DNA of 64,000 bases, from assembly GCA_028821395.1 (NCBI GenBank), contig JAPPGP010000186.1, positions 12,114-76,113 of the forward strand. Reading direction: 5' to 3'. The stretch comes from Defluviicoccus sp. (GTDB taxonomy: Bacteria > Pseudomonadota > Alphaproteobacteria > MPNO01). The notes below the pieces were generated by a model, which searched no databases, was not told where the DNA came from, and saw only the letters and a program-made list of their open reading frames with translations. Both the position numbers and the translations under genes were made by a program. Each line of letters starts with the position of its first letter. Within the stretch, counting starts at the first letter, position 1. Below are positions 9,691-18,694 of this stretch, one piece after another.

Positions 9691-10452
9691 ATGACGGGCT
9701 CGTTCAGGCTGTCGAAGTCGCCCGTCCTGGTCGGCGCCCTCGGGCTCGCGGCGTTCCTCTGCGTGCTCGAGATCGCGGTCGAGACCGGGATGGTGATGGA
9801 GCTCGTCGTCCCGCGCCCGTCCGACACGTTTCTCGCCTTCCCGCCGGTCCAGGAGGACATGGACCTGGTCGGAAATTTTTTCGTCACGCTCGGCATGACC
9901 GCGGCGTCGACGGCGATCGCGCTCTCCATCGGCGTGCCGTTCGGCTATTTCCTCTACCGCAACCGGCGCTACGGCATCGCCTATGAGGGCTGGCTCGCCG
10001 CCGCCTTCGCCGCGCCGACGGTGCTGCTCTTCCCGCTGTTCCTGGTGATCTTCGGGCGCACCTACCTGACGCTGATCATGATGGGCTTCATCCCGGGTGC
10101 GATCCCCATCATAATCCAGACGCGCCAGGGGCTGCTCGGCGTGTCCCAGACGCTGCTCAATGTCGGGCGGAGCTTCAACCTCTCCGAGCGCGAGATGTTC
10201 TGGAAGATCCAGCTTCCGAGCGCGGTGCCGACCATCTTCACGGGCATCCGCATCGGGGTGATGTATACTCTCGTCAACATCGTCGCGATCGAGTACCTGG
10301 TCGATTTCGGCGGGCTGGGGCGGATCGTCTCGGAGATGTATTTCCGTTTCGACACGCCCGGCACCTATGCCAGCATCGTCGCGGTGATCCTGGTCAGCGT
10401 GTTCTTCTACTGGGGCTTCGGGAGGATCGAGAAGTGGCTCAGGCCGGTGTAG
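9691..10452 (+). CDS. ABC transporter permease (SsuC/TauC-like)
   Basis: Multiple TM segments, EAA-like loop LLNVGRSFNLS..IQLPSAVPTIFTGIRIG, GGLG. Confidence 0.9.
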   Translation: MTGSFRLSKSPVLVGALGLAAFLCVLEIAVETGMVMELVVPRPSDTFLAFPPVQEDMDLVGNFFVTLGMTAASTAIALSIGVPFGYFLYRNRRYGIAYEGWLAAAFAAPTVLLFPLFLVIFGRTYLTLIMMGFIPGAIPIIIQTRQGLLGVSQTLLNVGRSFNLSEREMFWKIQLPSAVPTIFTGIRIGVMYTLVNIVAIEYLVDFGGLGRIVSEMYFRFDTPGTYASIVAVILVSVFFYWGFGRIEKWLRPV

Positions 10453-11279
10453 TCGGAACCGCGGCGCCTGCGCTGACCGGCGGCCGCGAGGCCACGGTGT
10501 TCCGCATCCGCGTCCTCACCGTGATCTGCCTGCTCGCGGCATGGGAAGGGCTCGCCGCGCTCGGGACCCTCGAAATCCTCTACGGCGACGTGATCCCTTC
10601 GTCGTGGAAGATCGCGCTGGCGGTATGGGGCGAGGTCACGGCGGCGGATTTCTATCGCGACCTCGGCATCACCTTCGCCGAGCACATCGTCGGCTTCGTC
10701 GTGGGGTCCGCGATCGCGCTTGCGCTCGGCATCGCCATGGGCGTGAACCCGCTGCTGCGCAAGGCGATCGAGCCCTATCTCAACGCCATCGGCTCGACGC
10801 CCAAGATCATCTTCCTGCCGATCCTGTTCCTGATCTTCGGCACCGGCATCGATTCCAAGATGGCCAAGGGCGCGCTGTCGGCGTTCTTCCCGGTGGTGTT
10901 CTCCACCGCGCTCGGCATGATCCTGATCAACCCGGTGCTGCTCCGGGTCGGCAAGTCGTTCAACCTCAGCCGCTGGCAGACGGTGATCAAGATCTACATC
11001 CCGGCGATGGTGAACCCGGTCATCACCGGGCTCCGGCTGGGCATGGCGATCACCGTCATCGGCGTGCTGGTCGCCGAGCTCAAATTCGCCGACGGCGGGC
11101 TGGGCTACCGGCTGGGGAACTACTACGAGCAGTTCAAGATCGGCGAGATGTACGCGATCATCCTCATCATCTTCGCGCTCGCCGCGCTCGCGAACATGGG
11201 CATGACGCGGCTGCAGGCCTACGCCAACCGGCATCAGGGCGGGACCGGGGCGCACAGCCTCTCGGTCGCCACCAACTGA
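10434..11279 (+). CDS. ABC transporter permease (SsuC/TauC-like), second subunit; start uncertain
   Basis: STPKIIFLP, LLRVGKSFNLS..IYIPAM..ITGLRLG, VAE..GGLG. Confidence 0.88.
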   Translation: MAQAGVVGTAAPALTGGREATVFRIRVLTVICLLAAWEGLAALGTLEILYGDVIPSSWKIALAVWGEVTAADFYRDLGITFAEHIVGFVVGSAIALALGIAMGVNPLLRKAIEPYLNAIGSTPKIIFLPILFLIFGTGIDSKMAKGALSAFFPVVFSTALGMILINPVLLRVGKSFNLSRWQTVIKIYIPAMVNPVITGLRLGMAITVIGVLVAELKFADGGLGYRLGNYYEQFKIGEMYAIILIIFALAALANMGMTRLQAYANRHQGGTGAHSLSVATN

Positions 11280-11314
11280 CGCGCCGGGACAAGTTTGATC
11301 GAGAGGAGACGGGA

Positions 11315-11683
11315 ATGGCAAAGGAGATCTTTGTCGCCAAGTCCGGAGACCTGCCCGACGGCGAGCGCAAGATCGTTCCCAACGGCAATTCGGAGATCGG
11401 CGTCTACCGGGTGAAGGGGCGGCTCTACGCCTACCAGAATCTGTGCGCCCACCAGGGCGGGCCGGCCTGCGAGGGGTTGCTGATGGCCAAGGTCGAGGAG
11501 GTCATCGCCGAGGACAAGACCTATCGGGGCATGCGCTTCAACCACGACGAGATGCACATCGTCTGCCCCTGGCACGGCTGGGAATACGATCTCGAGACCG
11601 GCGTGATGGTCGCCGACAGGACCTTCCGCCTGAGGAAATACGACGTCGTCGAGAAGGAGGACGGCATCTATGTCCTCGCCTGA
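11315..11683 (+). CDS. Rieske [2Fe-2S] ferredoxin with long inter-motif insertion
   Basis: NLCAHQGGP and IVCPWHGWEYD motifs; ATG at 11315 after GGAG. Confidence 0.92.
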   Translation: MAKEIFVAKSGDLPDGERKIVPNGNSEIGVYRVKGRLYAYQNLCAHQGGPACEGLLMAKVEEVIAEDKTYRGMRFNHDEMHIVCPWHGWEYDLETGVMVADRTFRLRKYDVVEKEDGIYVLA

Positions 11684-11996
11684 GCAGCCGGCGGACGAGT
11701 TCGGCGACCTGCTCGCCGATGTCGGCGAGGAGACGGCCAGGCTCCAGGCATTCGCCGCCAAGATGCTCGAGCTCAAGGAGGGCGACGAGCCGCCCGACGC
11801 GCTGATCCAGGAGGGACTCACCGCGCTGACCAAGCTGTATACGGTCAAGTTCCAAATCGGCGAGCGCTGGTCGCCCTTCGTCGACGACCGCGCGATGCCG
11901 GCGACGGCCGTGATGATCATGTGCACCGCGATGCTGCGCGCGGTGAATGTCGAGCTGTTCGAGCTCGGCATGTGGCAAGCCTGGTCGGGCGCCTGA
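11670..11996 (+). CDS. Small hypothetical protein between Rieske and amidohydrolase genes
   Basis: 108-aa ORF with genome-like codon usage overlapping the Rieske 3' end; C-terminal ATAVMIMCTAMLRAVNVELFELGMWQAW. Confidence 0.75.
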   Translation: MSSPEQPADEFGDLLADVGEETARLQAFAAKMLELKEGDEPPDALIQEGLTALTKLYTVKFQIGERWSPFVDDRAMPATAVMIMCTAMLRAVNVELFELGMWQAWSGA

Positions 11997-12008
11997 CGGA
12001 GACGGGAA

Positions 12009-13247
12009 ATGGATATTCCGACAAGCGACATCCACAAGATGAGCGTCGAGGAGTTCGACACCAAGAAGCTCCTCCTCAACGCCGCCAGGCAGCGCGACCG
12101 GCGCAAGCTGGAGGACGTGCTGATCGTCGATGTCGACTGCCACCACTACGAGAACGAGTCGCTGCGCGACATCATCCAGTACATCGAGGACCCGGTGATC
12201 AAGCAGACCGGGCTGGTCTATTCCGGCAGCGGCACCGGCGCGCAGTCCCCGCTGATTCCGGGCGTGGTCGGCTACCAGGACATCTCCGGCCGGGTGATGC
12301 GCTACCCGCTGCGCAAGCTGGAGCAGACGCCGGCCGACGGCACCCACCGCGACATCCACCTGTCGCTCAAGTGGATGGACGCGATGGGGGTCGACTACGT
12401 CTCCATGTTCCCGACGCCGATGCTGCTCTTGGGCCTGCACCCGCAGCCCGAGATCGAGGTCGCGATGTCGCGCGCCTACAACCGATGGCTGGTGGAGCAG
12501 ATCCTGCCGCAGAACGAGCGCATCACCTCGATGCTCTATCTGCCGTTCAACGATCCCGAAGCCAGCTACAAGATGGTGCGGGAGTTCGGCGACAAGCCGG
12601 GCGTGGTGGGCTTTTCGGTGGTGTCGACGCGCTACAAGCCGGTCTATGACAACGCCTACATGAAGACCTACCGGCTGATGGAGGAGATGGGCAAGCCGCT
12701 CGCCTTCCACGCCTCCTACAACTGGAACGACCCGCTGCTCGGCGCGACCAACCGGTTCCTGATCACCCACGCGATGGGCTTCACCATCTACAACGCCATG
12801 CACTGCGCCAACTGGGTGATCAACGGCCTGCCGGAGCGTTTCCCCGGGCTTAAGGTGATCTGGATCGAATCCGGGCTCGCCTGGGTCCCGTGGCTCATGC
12901 AGCGTCTCGACAACGACTACCGGATGCGGAGCTCCGAGGCGCCGTCGCTGAAGAAGCTGCCGAGCGAGTACATGCAGGACATGTACTACTCGTCGCAGCC
13001 GATGGAGCTCCCCAACGACCTCGACGTTCTCGAAATGACGTTCAAGATGATCAAGGCCGAGACCCAGCTCTGCTGGTGTTCCGACTACCCGCACTGGGAC
13101 ATGGACCTGCCGAGCGTGATCTACGACCTGCCCTTCCTCGACGAGACGGCGAAGCGCAACATTTTGGGCGAGAACGCGCGCAAGCTGTTCAACCTCGACG
13201 TCTCCGGGCGCTTCCCCGACTACCGGCCGCCGGGCGGCAGCGCGTGA
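12009..13247 (+). CDS. Amidohydrolase-2 fold protein, probable amidohydrolase-related dinuclear metal oxygenase (PtmU3/AibH-like)
   Basis: VDVDCHH (D-x-H), RAYNRW, LAFHAS, WIESG, SDYPHWD, ILGENARKLF; adjacent Rieske ferredoxin. Confidence 0.8.
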   Translation: MDIPTSDIHKMSVEEFDTKKLLLNAARQRDRRKLEDVLIVDVDCHHYENESLRDIIQYIEDPVIKQTGLVYSGSGTGAQSPLIPGVVGYQDISGRVMRYPLRKLEQTPADGTHRDIHLSLKWMDAMGVDYVSMFPTPMLLLGLHPQPEIEVAMSRAYNRWLVEQILPQNERITSMLYLPFNDPEASYKMVREFGDKPGVVGFSVVSTRYKPVYDNAYMKTYRLMEEMGKPLAFHASYNWNDPLLGATNRFLITHAMGFTIYNAMHCANWVINGLPERFPGLKVIWIESGLAWVPWLMQRLDNDYRMRSSEAPSLKKLPSEYMQDMYYSSQPMELPNDLDVLEMTFKMIKAETQLCWCSDYPHWDMDLPSVIYDLPFLDETAKRNILGENARKLFNLDVSGRFPDYRPPGGSA

Positions 13248-14563
13248 GCACCGCCGCGCAGGCAGCCTCGATCGAGCCCGCGGCCCAGCCGACGCTGACC
13301 GAAGGTCTCGTCTCGCTGATTCGCGCGAGGCCGATCTCGCGAGCCGATCTCGACGCGATGGCGTCGATCGCGCTCGACGGGATCGCCAACATGCTGGCCG
13401 GGCGGGCGACCGAACCGGGGCGCATCCTGCGGCGCTGGGGCGCGGAGAAACGGGACCCCGGACGCCGCGCGCTGGTGATGGGCGGCTGCATGCACGTCCT
13501 GGAGGTCGACGACCTGCATCGCGGCTCGGTCACCCATCCGGGATGCGTCGTCATCCCCGCCGCGCTGGCGCTCGCCGACAGCGAAGGAGCGGACGGGGAG
13601 GCCTTTCTGCGCGCGGTGCTGCACGGCTTCGAAGCGGTCTGCCGGGTCGGCATGTCGGTCGGCCCGACGCATTACAAGGTCTGGCACAACACCGCGACCT
13701 GCGGGCCGTTCGGCGCGGCGATGGCGGCCGCTTCGCTGATCGGGCTGGACGACGAGGCGGTCGTCCATGCGCTCGGCAACGCCGGCACGCAATCCGCCGG
13801 GCTCTGGGAGTTCCTCAACACGGGCGCGATGAGCAAGCACCTCCATGCCGGGCGCGCGGCCGAAGCCGGTGTCGTCGCGGCGGAGCTCGCCGCGGGCGGC
13901 TTCACCGGGCCGCCGGCGATCCTCGAAGGACCGCAGGGCCTCTACGCCGGCGCCTGTCCCGATGCGGACCCGGGAGCGGTGCTGCGCCACCCGGATGCGC
14001 CGTGGGCCGTGCATGCCACCTCGATCAAGCCCTGGCCGTCCTGCCGGCATACCCACCCGGTCATCGATGCCGCGCTCGAGCTGTCCGCCCGCATCGACGC
14101 GGCCGCGGTGACGGGCGTCGAGGCATCGACCTACCGGGCGGCGGTCGATGTGTGCGACCGGCCGATGCCGGCATCGCCCTATGAAGCCAAGTTCTCGCTC
14201 CAGCACTGCATCGCCGCGGCGCTCACCGACGGCGCGGTGGGCTTCGAGACCTTCGAGGCCGAATCGCGCGCCCGCCTCGCCGCGCTGCGCTCCAGGGTAA
14301 GGGTGGGCGCGGGGACGCCTTACGTGACGGATTATCCCGCCGCGTGGGGCGGCGAGGTGACGGCGATCCTCGCCGACGGCAGCCGCGCGAGCGCCGCCCG
14401 GCGGCAGTGCAAGGGCGATCCCGAGGCCGCGCTCGACCGCGGTGAAATGGCGGACAAGGCGCGCGAGCTGTTGCGCTTCGGCCGGGTCGCCGAGCCCGAG
14501 GCCGTCATCGACGGCGTGCTCGCCATGGCCGGCGGCGGGACGGTGCCCGCCTTCGATATCTGA
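13244..14563 (+). CDS. MmgE/PrpD family protein
   Basis: HVLEVDDLH..HPG, WHNTATCG, SKHLHAGRAA, KPWPSCRHTH, AKFSLQHC, KGDPE; GTGA overlap with upstream stop. Confidence 0.9.
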   Translation: MSTAAQAASIEPAAQPTLTEGLVSLIRARPISRADLDAMASIALDGIANMLAGRATEPGRILRRWGAEKRDPGRRALVMGGCMHVLEVDDLHRGSVTHPGCVVIPAALALADSEGADGEAFLRAVLHGFEAVCRVGMSVGPTHYKVWHNTATCGPFGAAMAAASLIGLDDEAVVHALGNAGTQSAGLWEFLNTGAMSKHLHAGRAAEAGVVAAELAAGGFTGPPAILEGPQGLYAGACPDADPGAVLRHPDAPWAVHATSIKPWPSCRHTHPVIDAALELSARIDAAAVTGVEASTYRAAVDVCDRPMPASPYEAKFSLQHCIAAALTDGAVGFETFEAESRARLAALRSRVRVGAGTPYVTDYPAAWGGEVTAILADGSRASAARRQCKGDPEAALDRGEMADKARELLRFGRVAEPEAVIDGVLAMAGGGTVPAFDI

Positions 14564-14574
14564 GGGGACGGACG

Positions 14575-15411
14575 ATGGCGGATGCCCGACAGGTGGCGAA
14601 GGCCGAAGCCTTCAGGGCGCTCCATCGCGGGCCCGAACCGCTGGTCCTGGTCAACGCCTCCGATGCGTCGATCGCGCGCATCGTCGTCGAGGCCGGCCAT
14701 CCCGCCATCGCCACATCGAGCGCCGGAATCGCCTGGCTGATGGGCTATGCCGACGGCGAGAACATCCCGCGCGAGGAGATGCTCTGGATGGTGCGGCGCA
14801 TCGCCGAGCGCGTGGACGTGCCGGTGACGGCCGACATGGAGGCGGGCTACGGGACCGAGCCCGAGGCCGTCGCCGACACCGTGCGGGCGACGATCGAGGC
14901 GGGCGCGGTCGGGATGAATATCGAGGACGGCACGATCCGCTCGTCCGAGCCGCTGCTCGATTTCGACCTCGCGGTGGCGCGGATCGCTTCCGGGCGCGAG
15001 GCGGCCGACGAAACCGGCGTGCCGGCCGTGCTCAACGCGCGCTGCGACGTGTTCCTGCGCGGCGGCAAGGGGCCCGAGGCGCTGGAAGAAGCGATCCGCC
15101 GCTGCAACGCCTTCCGCGAGGCGGGCGCGGATTGCCTGTTCGTCCCCTTCGCGCGGGATGCGGACACCATAGGCGCGCTGGTCGAGGGCATCGACGGGCC
15201 GGTGAACATCCTGGCGAGCGCGGTCTCGCCGCCGCTCGCGGAGCTCAAGCGGCTCGGCGTCGCCCGGGTCAGCATCGGCGGGCTGCTCTCGCTCGCCTTC
15301 GCCACGCTGGCGCGCAGTGCCGCGGCCGAGCTCGCCGCCGCCGGCACCTACGGCTTCGCCGAGGGCGTCATCCTGCATCCCGAGATGAACGCCCTTATGG
15401 CGAACGAGTAA
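14575..15411 (+). CDS. Isocitrate lyase/PEP mutase family protein
   Basis: AIATSSAGIA..GYADGE, PVTADMEAGYG, GMNIEDG, LNARCD, AGADCLFVP; lacks the KRCGH loop. Confidence 0.9.
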   Translation: MADARQVAKAEAFRALHRGPEPLVLVNASDASIARIVVEAGHPAIATSSAGIAWLMGYADGENIPREEMLWMVRRIAERVDVPVTADMEAGYGTEPEAVADTVRATIEAGAVGMNIEDGTIRSSEPLLDFDLAVARIASGREAADETGVPAVLNARCDVFLRGGKGPEALEEAIRRCNAFREAGADCLFVPFARDADTIGALVEGIDGPVNILASAVSPPLAELKRLGVARVSIGGLLSLAFATLARSAAAELAAAGTYGFAEGVILHPEMNALMANE

Positions 15412-15498
15412 GGCGAATCCGCGCCGGCGATTCCAATCCGGCCCGGATCGCTCTACCATGCCCGGCGCGGCGCGGACGATGCGCCGGGGGAGGATGCG

Positions 15499-16080
15499 AT
15501 GAAGACGATCGAGATCACGCCGGAGAAGATGGAGGGCCGGATTTCGCGCTATAGCGCGCTGGAGCCGCTGCCGATCCAGCAGGACCCCGAGATACCGCAG
15601 GAGGCGAACGACGTCGTCTATGCGCGCAAGCTGCTCTCGGTGATCGGCCTCGGCGGCGACATGGAGACGCCGGTCAACGCCGGCGCGCCCATCGTGGACG
15701 CCGCCGGCATGACCATGACGATTGCCGTCTGCCCGCCGGGCCAAGGTCCCTCGCTGCACGCCCATCTCCAGACCTACGAGACCTTCACGGTGCTCAAGGG
15801 CCGCTTCGAGGTGACCTGGAACGACGACGGCAGCGGGCGGGCCGAGCTCGGCGAGTTCGACACCATCTCGGTGCCGCCGAAGGTCAACCGCGCGTTTCGC
15901 AATATCGGCGACGAGGAGGGTGTCCTGCAGGTGCTGATCACCGGCGGCGTGCACGACATGACCGATATCGACCTCGCGCCCTCCAGCGCGGTCAAGCTCG
16001 ACGCCATCAAGCCGGGGGTGAAGGAGAAGTTCACCGCCAAGGGCCTCACCTTCACCGCCCACAAGGACGCGGCCGCCTGA
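15499..16080 (+). CDS. Cupin-domain protein
   Basis: PPGQGPSLHAHLQTYETFTVLKGRF cupin motif 1; DTISVPPKVNRAFRN motif 2. Confidence 0.85.
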   Translation: MKTIEITPEKMEGRISRYSALEPLPIQQDPEIPQEANDVVYARKLLSVIGLGGDMETPVNAGAPIVDAAGMTMTIAVCPPGQGPSLHAHLQTYETFTVLKGRFEVTWNDDGSGRAELGEFDTISVPPKVNRAFRNIGDEEGVLQVLITGGVHDMTDIDLAPSSAVKLDAIKPGVKEKFTAKGLTFTAHKDAAA

Positions 16081-16122
16081 AGCCTGTCCGGTTCGGATAG
16101 GGCCGCTCCCGGCGCTGCCCTC

Positions 16123-16197
16123 GTCATGCCCGGACTCGTTCCGGGCATCCACCGGGTCGACGGCGGAATGGATGGCCGGAACAAGTCCGGCCATGAC
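16123..16197. repeat. REP doublet element, copy 3 (short spacer)
   Basis: GTCATGCCCGGACTCGTTCCGGGCATCC ... GGATGGCCGGAACAAGTCCGGCCATGAC; between convergent genes. Confidence 0.85.
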
Positions 16198-16215
16198 GTT
16201 GGTGAGGGTTGCGGC

Positions 16216-17886
16216 CTATCCGCTTCCCGCCCTGATCCCGCTGATGGTGGCGCTCGGCAGGATCGCCTCGGGGTCGATGCGGAGCGTCAGCAGGGCAGGG
16301 GTGTCGGCCTCCCGGGCGCGCTCGAAGGCGTCCGCAAAATCCTCCGTGCGCGTCACCGTCTCGCCATATAGGCCGTAGGCCCTGGCCAGCATGGCGAAAT
16401 CCGGGTTGGCGAGGTCGGTGGCGATCACCCGCCCGGGATAGTGCCGCTCCTGGTGCATCCGGATGGTGCCGTAGGTTCCGTTGTCCACCACCAGAAAGGT
16501 GAGGTTGCGGAGGCCCTGCGCGGCGGCGGTCGCGACCTCCTGGCCGTTCATCAGGAAATCGCCGTCGCCGCACCACGCGACCACCTGGCGCTCCGGGTGC
16601 AGCAGCGCCGCCGAGACGCCCGCCGGCACGCCGTAGCCCATCGACCCGCTCTGCGGCGCGAGCTGGGTGCGGAACCCGCGATAGCGGTGGAACCGGTGCA
16701 GCCATTGCGAGAAATTGCCGGCGCCGTTGGCGATGATGGCGTCTTCCGGCAGCGCGTCCTCCAGATGGCGCACCGCCTGCGCCAGGTTGAGCGCGCCCGG
16801 CATGTCGGTGGGCTCCGCGAAGGCCTCGTAAGCCGCCCGCAGCCCGGCGCGGCGCTCGGCCCAGGGCGGGTCGGCGACCGGCTCCAGCGCCGCCAGCGCG
16901 GCGGCGAATTCCGGCATGCCGGCGTTGATCGCAAGCTCCGGCTGATAGACCTTGCCGAGCTCATCGATCCCGGGATGGGCGTGGATCAGGGGCTGGCGCG
17001 GCTTGGGAAGCGCGAGCAGGGAATAGCCCTGGGTGATGACTTCGCCGAGCTGGGCGCCGGCCACCAGCAGCAGGTCGGCGTCCCCGATCTCCCGGGCGAG
17101 GGCGGGATTGACGCCGAGCCCGACCACCCCGGCATAGGCCGGATGGCGGTTGTCGAGCAGGTCCTGGCGGCGGAACCCGACGGCGACCGGCAGGTCGTTG
17201 GCCTCGGCGAAGGTGCGCAGGTCGGCACAGGCCCGCTCCGTCCAGCCGCTGCCGCCGGCCAGCACCACCGGGCGCTCCGCCTCCGCCAGCATGGCGTGCA
17301 GCCGCGCCATCGCCTCTGGGGACGGGCTCGCCTGCACCTCCTCGTAGGCCGCGCCGTCCTCGGCCTCGGCGCGCTCGGTCTGCATGTCTTCCGGTAGCGC
17401 CAGCACCACCGGCCCGGCCCGCCCGGAGGTCGCGGTGCGGAAGGCGCGGTTGACGTATTCCGGTATCCGCGCCGGATCGTCGATCTGGCCGGTCCATTTG
17501 GCGAGCTCGCCCATCATCCGGCGGAAGTCGATCTCCTGGAAGGCCTCGCGCTCGGCCATGCCGCGCGCGACCTGGCCGACGAACAGGACAACCGGCGAGG
17601 AGTCCTGGCGCGCGGTGTGGATGCCGACGCTCGCATTTGTCGCCCCGGGACCGCGGGTGACGAAGCAGATCCCCGGCCGCCCGGTCAGCTTGCCATAGGC
17701 CTCGGCCATATAGGCCGCGCCGCCCTCCTGGCGGCAGGTGACCACGCGGATCCGCTCGCTGACGTCGAACAGCGCATCCAGGGTGGCGATATAGCTCTCG
17801 CCCGGCACGCAGAAGATCGTGTCCACCCCGTGGGTGAGCAGCGCATCCGCCAGGATCTGCCCGCCGGTCCTGATATTGCTGGTCAT
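16216..17886 (-). CDS. ThDP-binding protein (acetolactate synthase large-subunit-like)
   Basis: FCVPGESY, CRQEGGAAYMAEA, FVTRGPGATN, REAFQE, SGSMGYGVP, GDGDFLM..DNG. Confidence 0.92.
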   Translation of the reverse strand: MTSNIRTGGQILADALLTHGVDTIFCVPGESYIATLDALFDVSERIRVVTCRQEGGAAYMAEAYGKLTGRPGICFVTRGPGATNASVGIHTARQDSSPVVLFVGQVARGMAEREAFQEIDFRRMMGELAKWTGQIDDPARIPEYVNRAFRTATSGRAGPVVLALPEDMQTERAEAEDGAAYEEVQASPSPEAMARLHAMLAEAERPVVLAGGSGWTERACADLRTFAEANDLPVAVGFRRQDLLDNRHPAYAGVVGLGVNPALAREIGDADLLLVAGAQLGEVITQGYSLLALPKPRQPLIHAHPGIDELGKVYQPELAINAGMPEFAAALAALEPVADPPWAERRAGLRAAYEAFAEPTDMPGALNLAQAVRHLEDALPEDAIIANGAGNFSQWLHRFHRYRGFRTQLAPQSGSMGYGVPAGVSAALLHPERQVVAWCGDGDFLMNGQEVATAAAQGLRNLTFLVVDNGTYGTIRMHQERHYPGRVIATDLANPDFAMLARAYGLYGETVTRTEDFADAFERAREADTPALLTLRIDPEAILPSATISGIRAGSG

Positions 17887-18539
17887 GTCTCGATGAGCTC
17901 GTCCACGAACACGGTGTATTTCTGCAATTTGGGCTTGTCCGCGTCCGCCGGGTCGACATAGCGGATCGAGCTCTTGCCCTTGAGCCGGCGCGGCAGGATC
18001 ATCACCCGCGAGAAATGACCCGGCGCGTCGTCTGGCGCCCAGGCATAGACCGGGTCGGTGCCGGCCTCGAACCAGGCGTCGTATTCGCCGAGCTCGGTGG
18101 TCTCGCCATGCACCCGGACGTTGAACCCGCCCTTCAGCAGGCAGCGTATGCCGCCGCCCTGGTGGGTGTGGGTGTAGGCGATGCCGCCGGGCGGCAGCTC
18201 GACCTTGTCGCAGCGCAGCAGGTACCCCTCCGGATCGTCGAGCCGGAGCGTCGCTTCGAGCTTGCGCTCCGACCTCACGCCGGCGCCGGCCGGAACGCTT
18301 TCCCCGGGATCGAGCTCGTAGCGCAGCAGGCAGGCCCCCTGGCCGCTTGCGGCGATGGTCATGGGGCCGGTGTGAAACAGCGCCGAGTTCGCCGACAGCG
18401 TCGCCGTCCCGCCGCCGGCGCGGATCGAGACCATGCCGACGGCCACGTAGACCGCCCGGGTCGCCGGCGGCAGCGCCGCGTCGAGGGCGGCATTCGCACC
18501 GAAATCGTCTCGCGAGAGACGGAGCAGATGATCCGGCAT
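17883..18539 (-). CDS. Hypothetical cupin-like protein
   Basis: [30 protein letters not shown]; ATGA overlap with the downstream ThDP gene. Confidence 0.75.
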   Translation of the reverse strand: MPDHLLRLSRDDFGANAALDAALPPATRAVYVAVGMVSIRAGGGTATLSANSALFHTGPMTIAASGQGACLLRYELDPGESVPAGAGVRSERKLEATLRLDDPEGYLLRCDKVELPPGGIAYTHTHQGGGIRCLLKGGFNVRVHGETTELGEYDAWFEAGTDPVYAWAPDDAPGHFSRVMILPRRLKGKSSIRYVDPADADKPKLQKYTVFVDELIET

Positions 18540-18694
18540 CGAAGCTCCCGATGTCGCGCGCTCGTCACGCAAGGCGGCGCGGCTACCTAAACACACCCTC
18601 CGGTCGGCCACAACATGCGGTGCCAACGCGATTGGACCCGGTCTCGCAGCGGAGTATTATTCCCTATCTGCTAAGCAGGATCGGAGTCGATAAC

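Noticed and set aside
11994-12011. Other in-frame TGA junctions (11996/12009, 53129/53157, 55633/55646)
   Set aside because: Each downstream gene has its own GGAG RBS and a complete N-terminus
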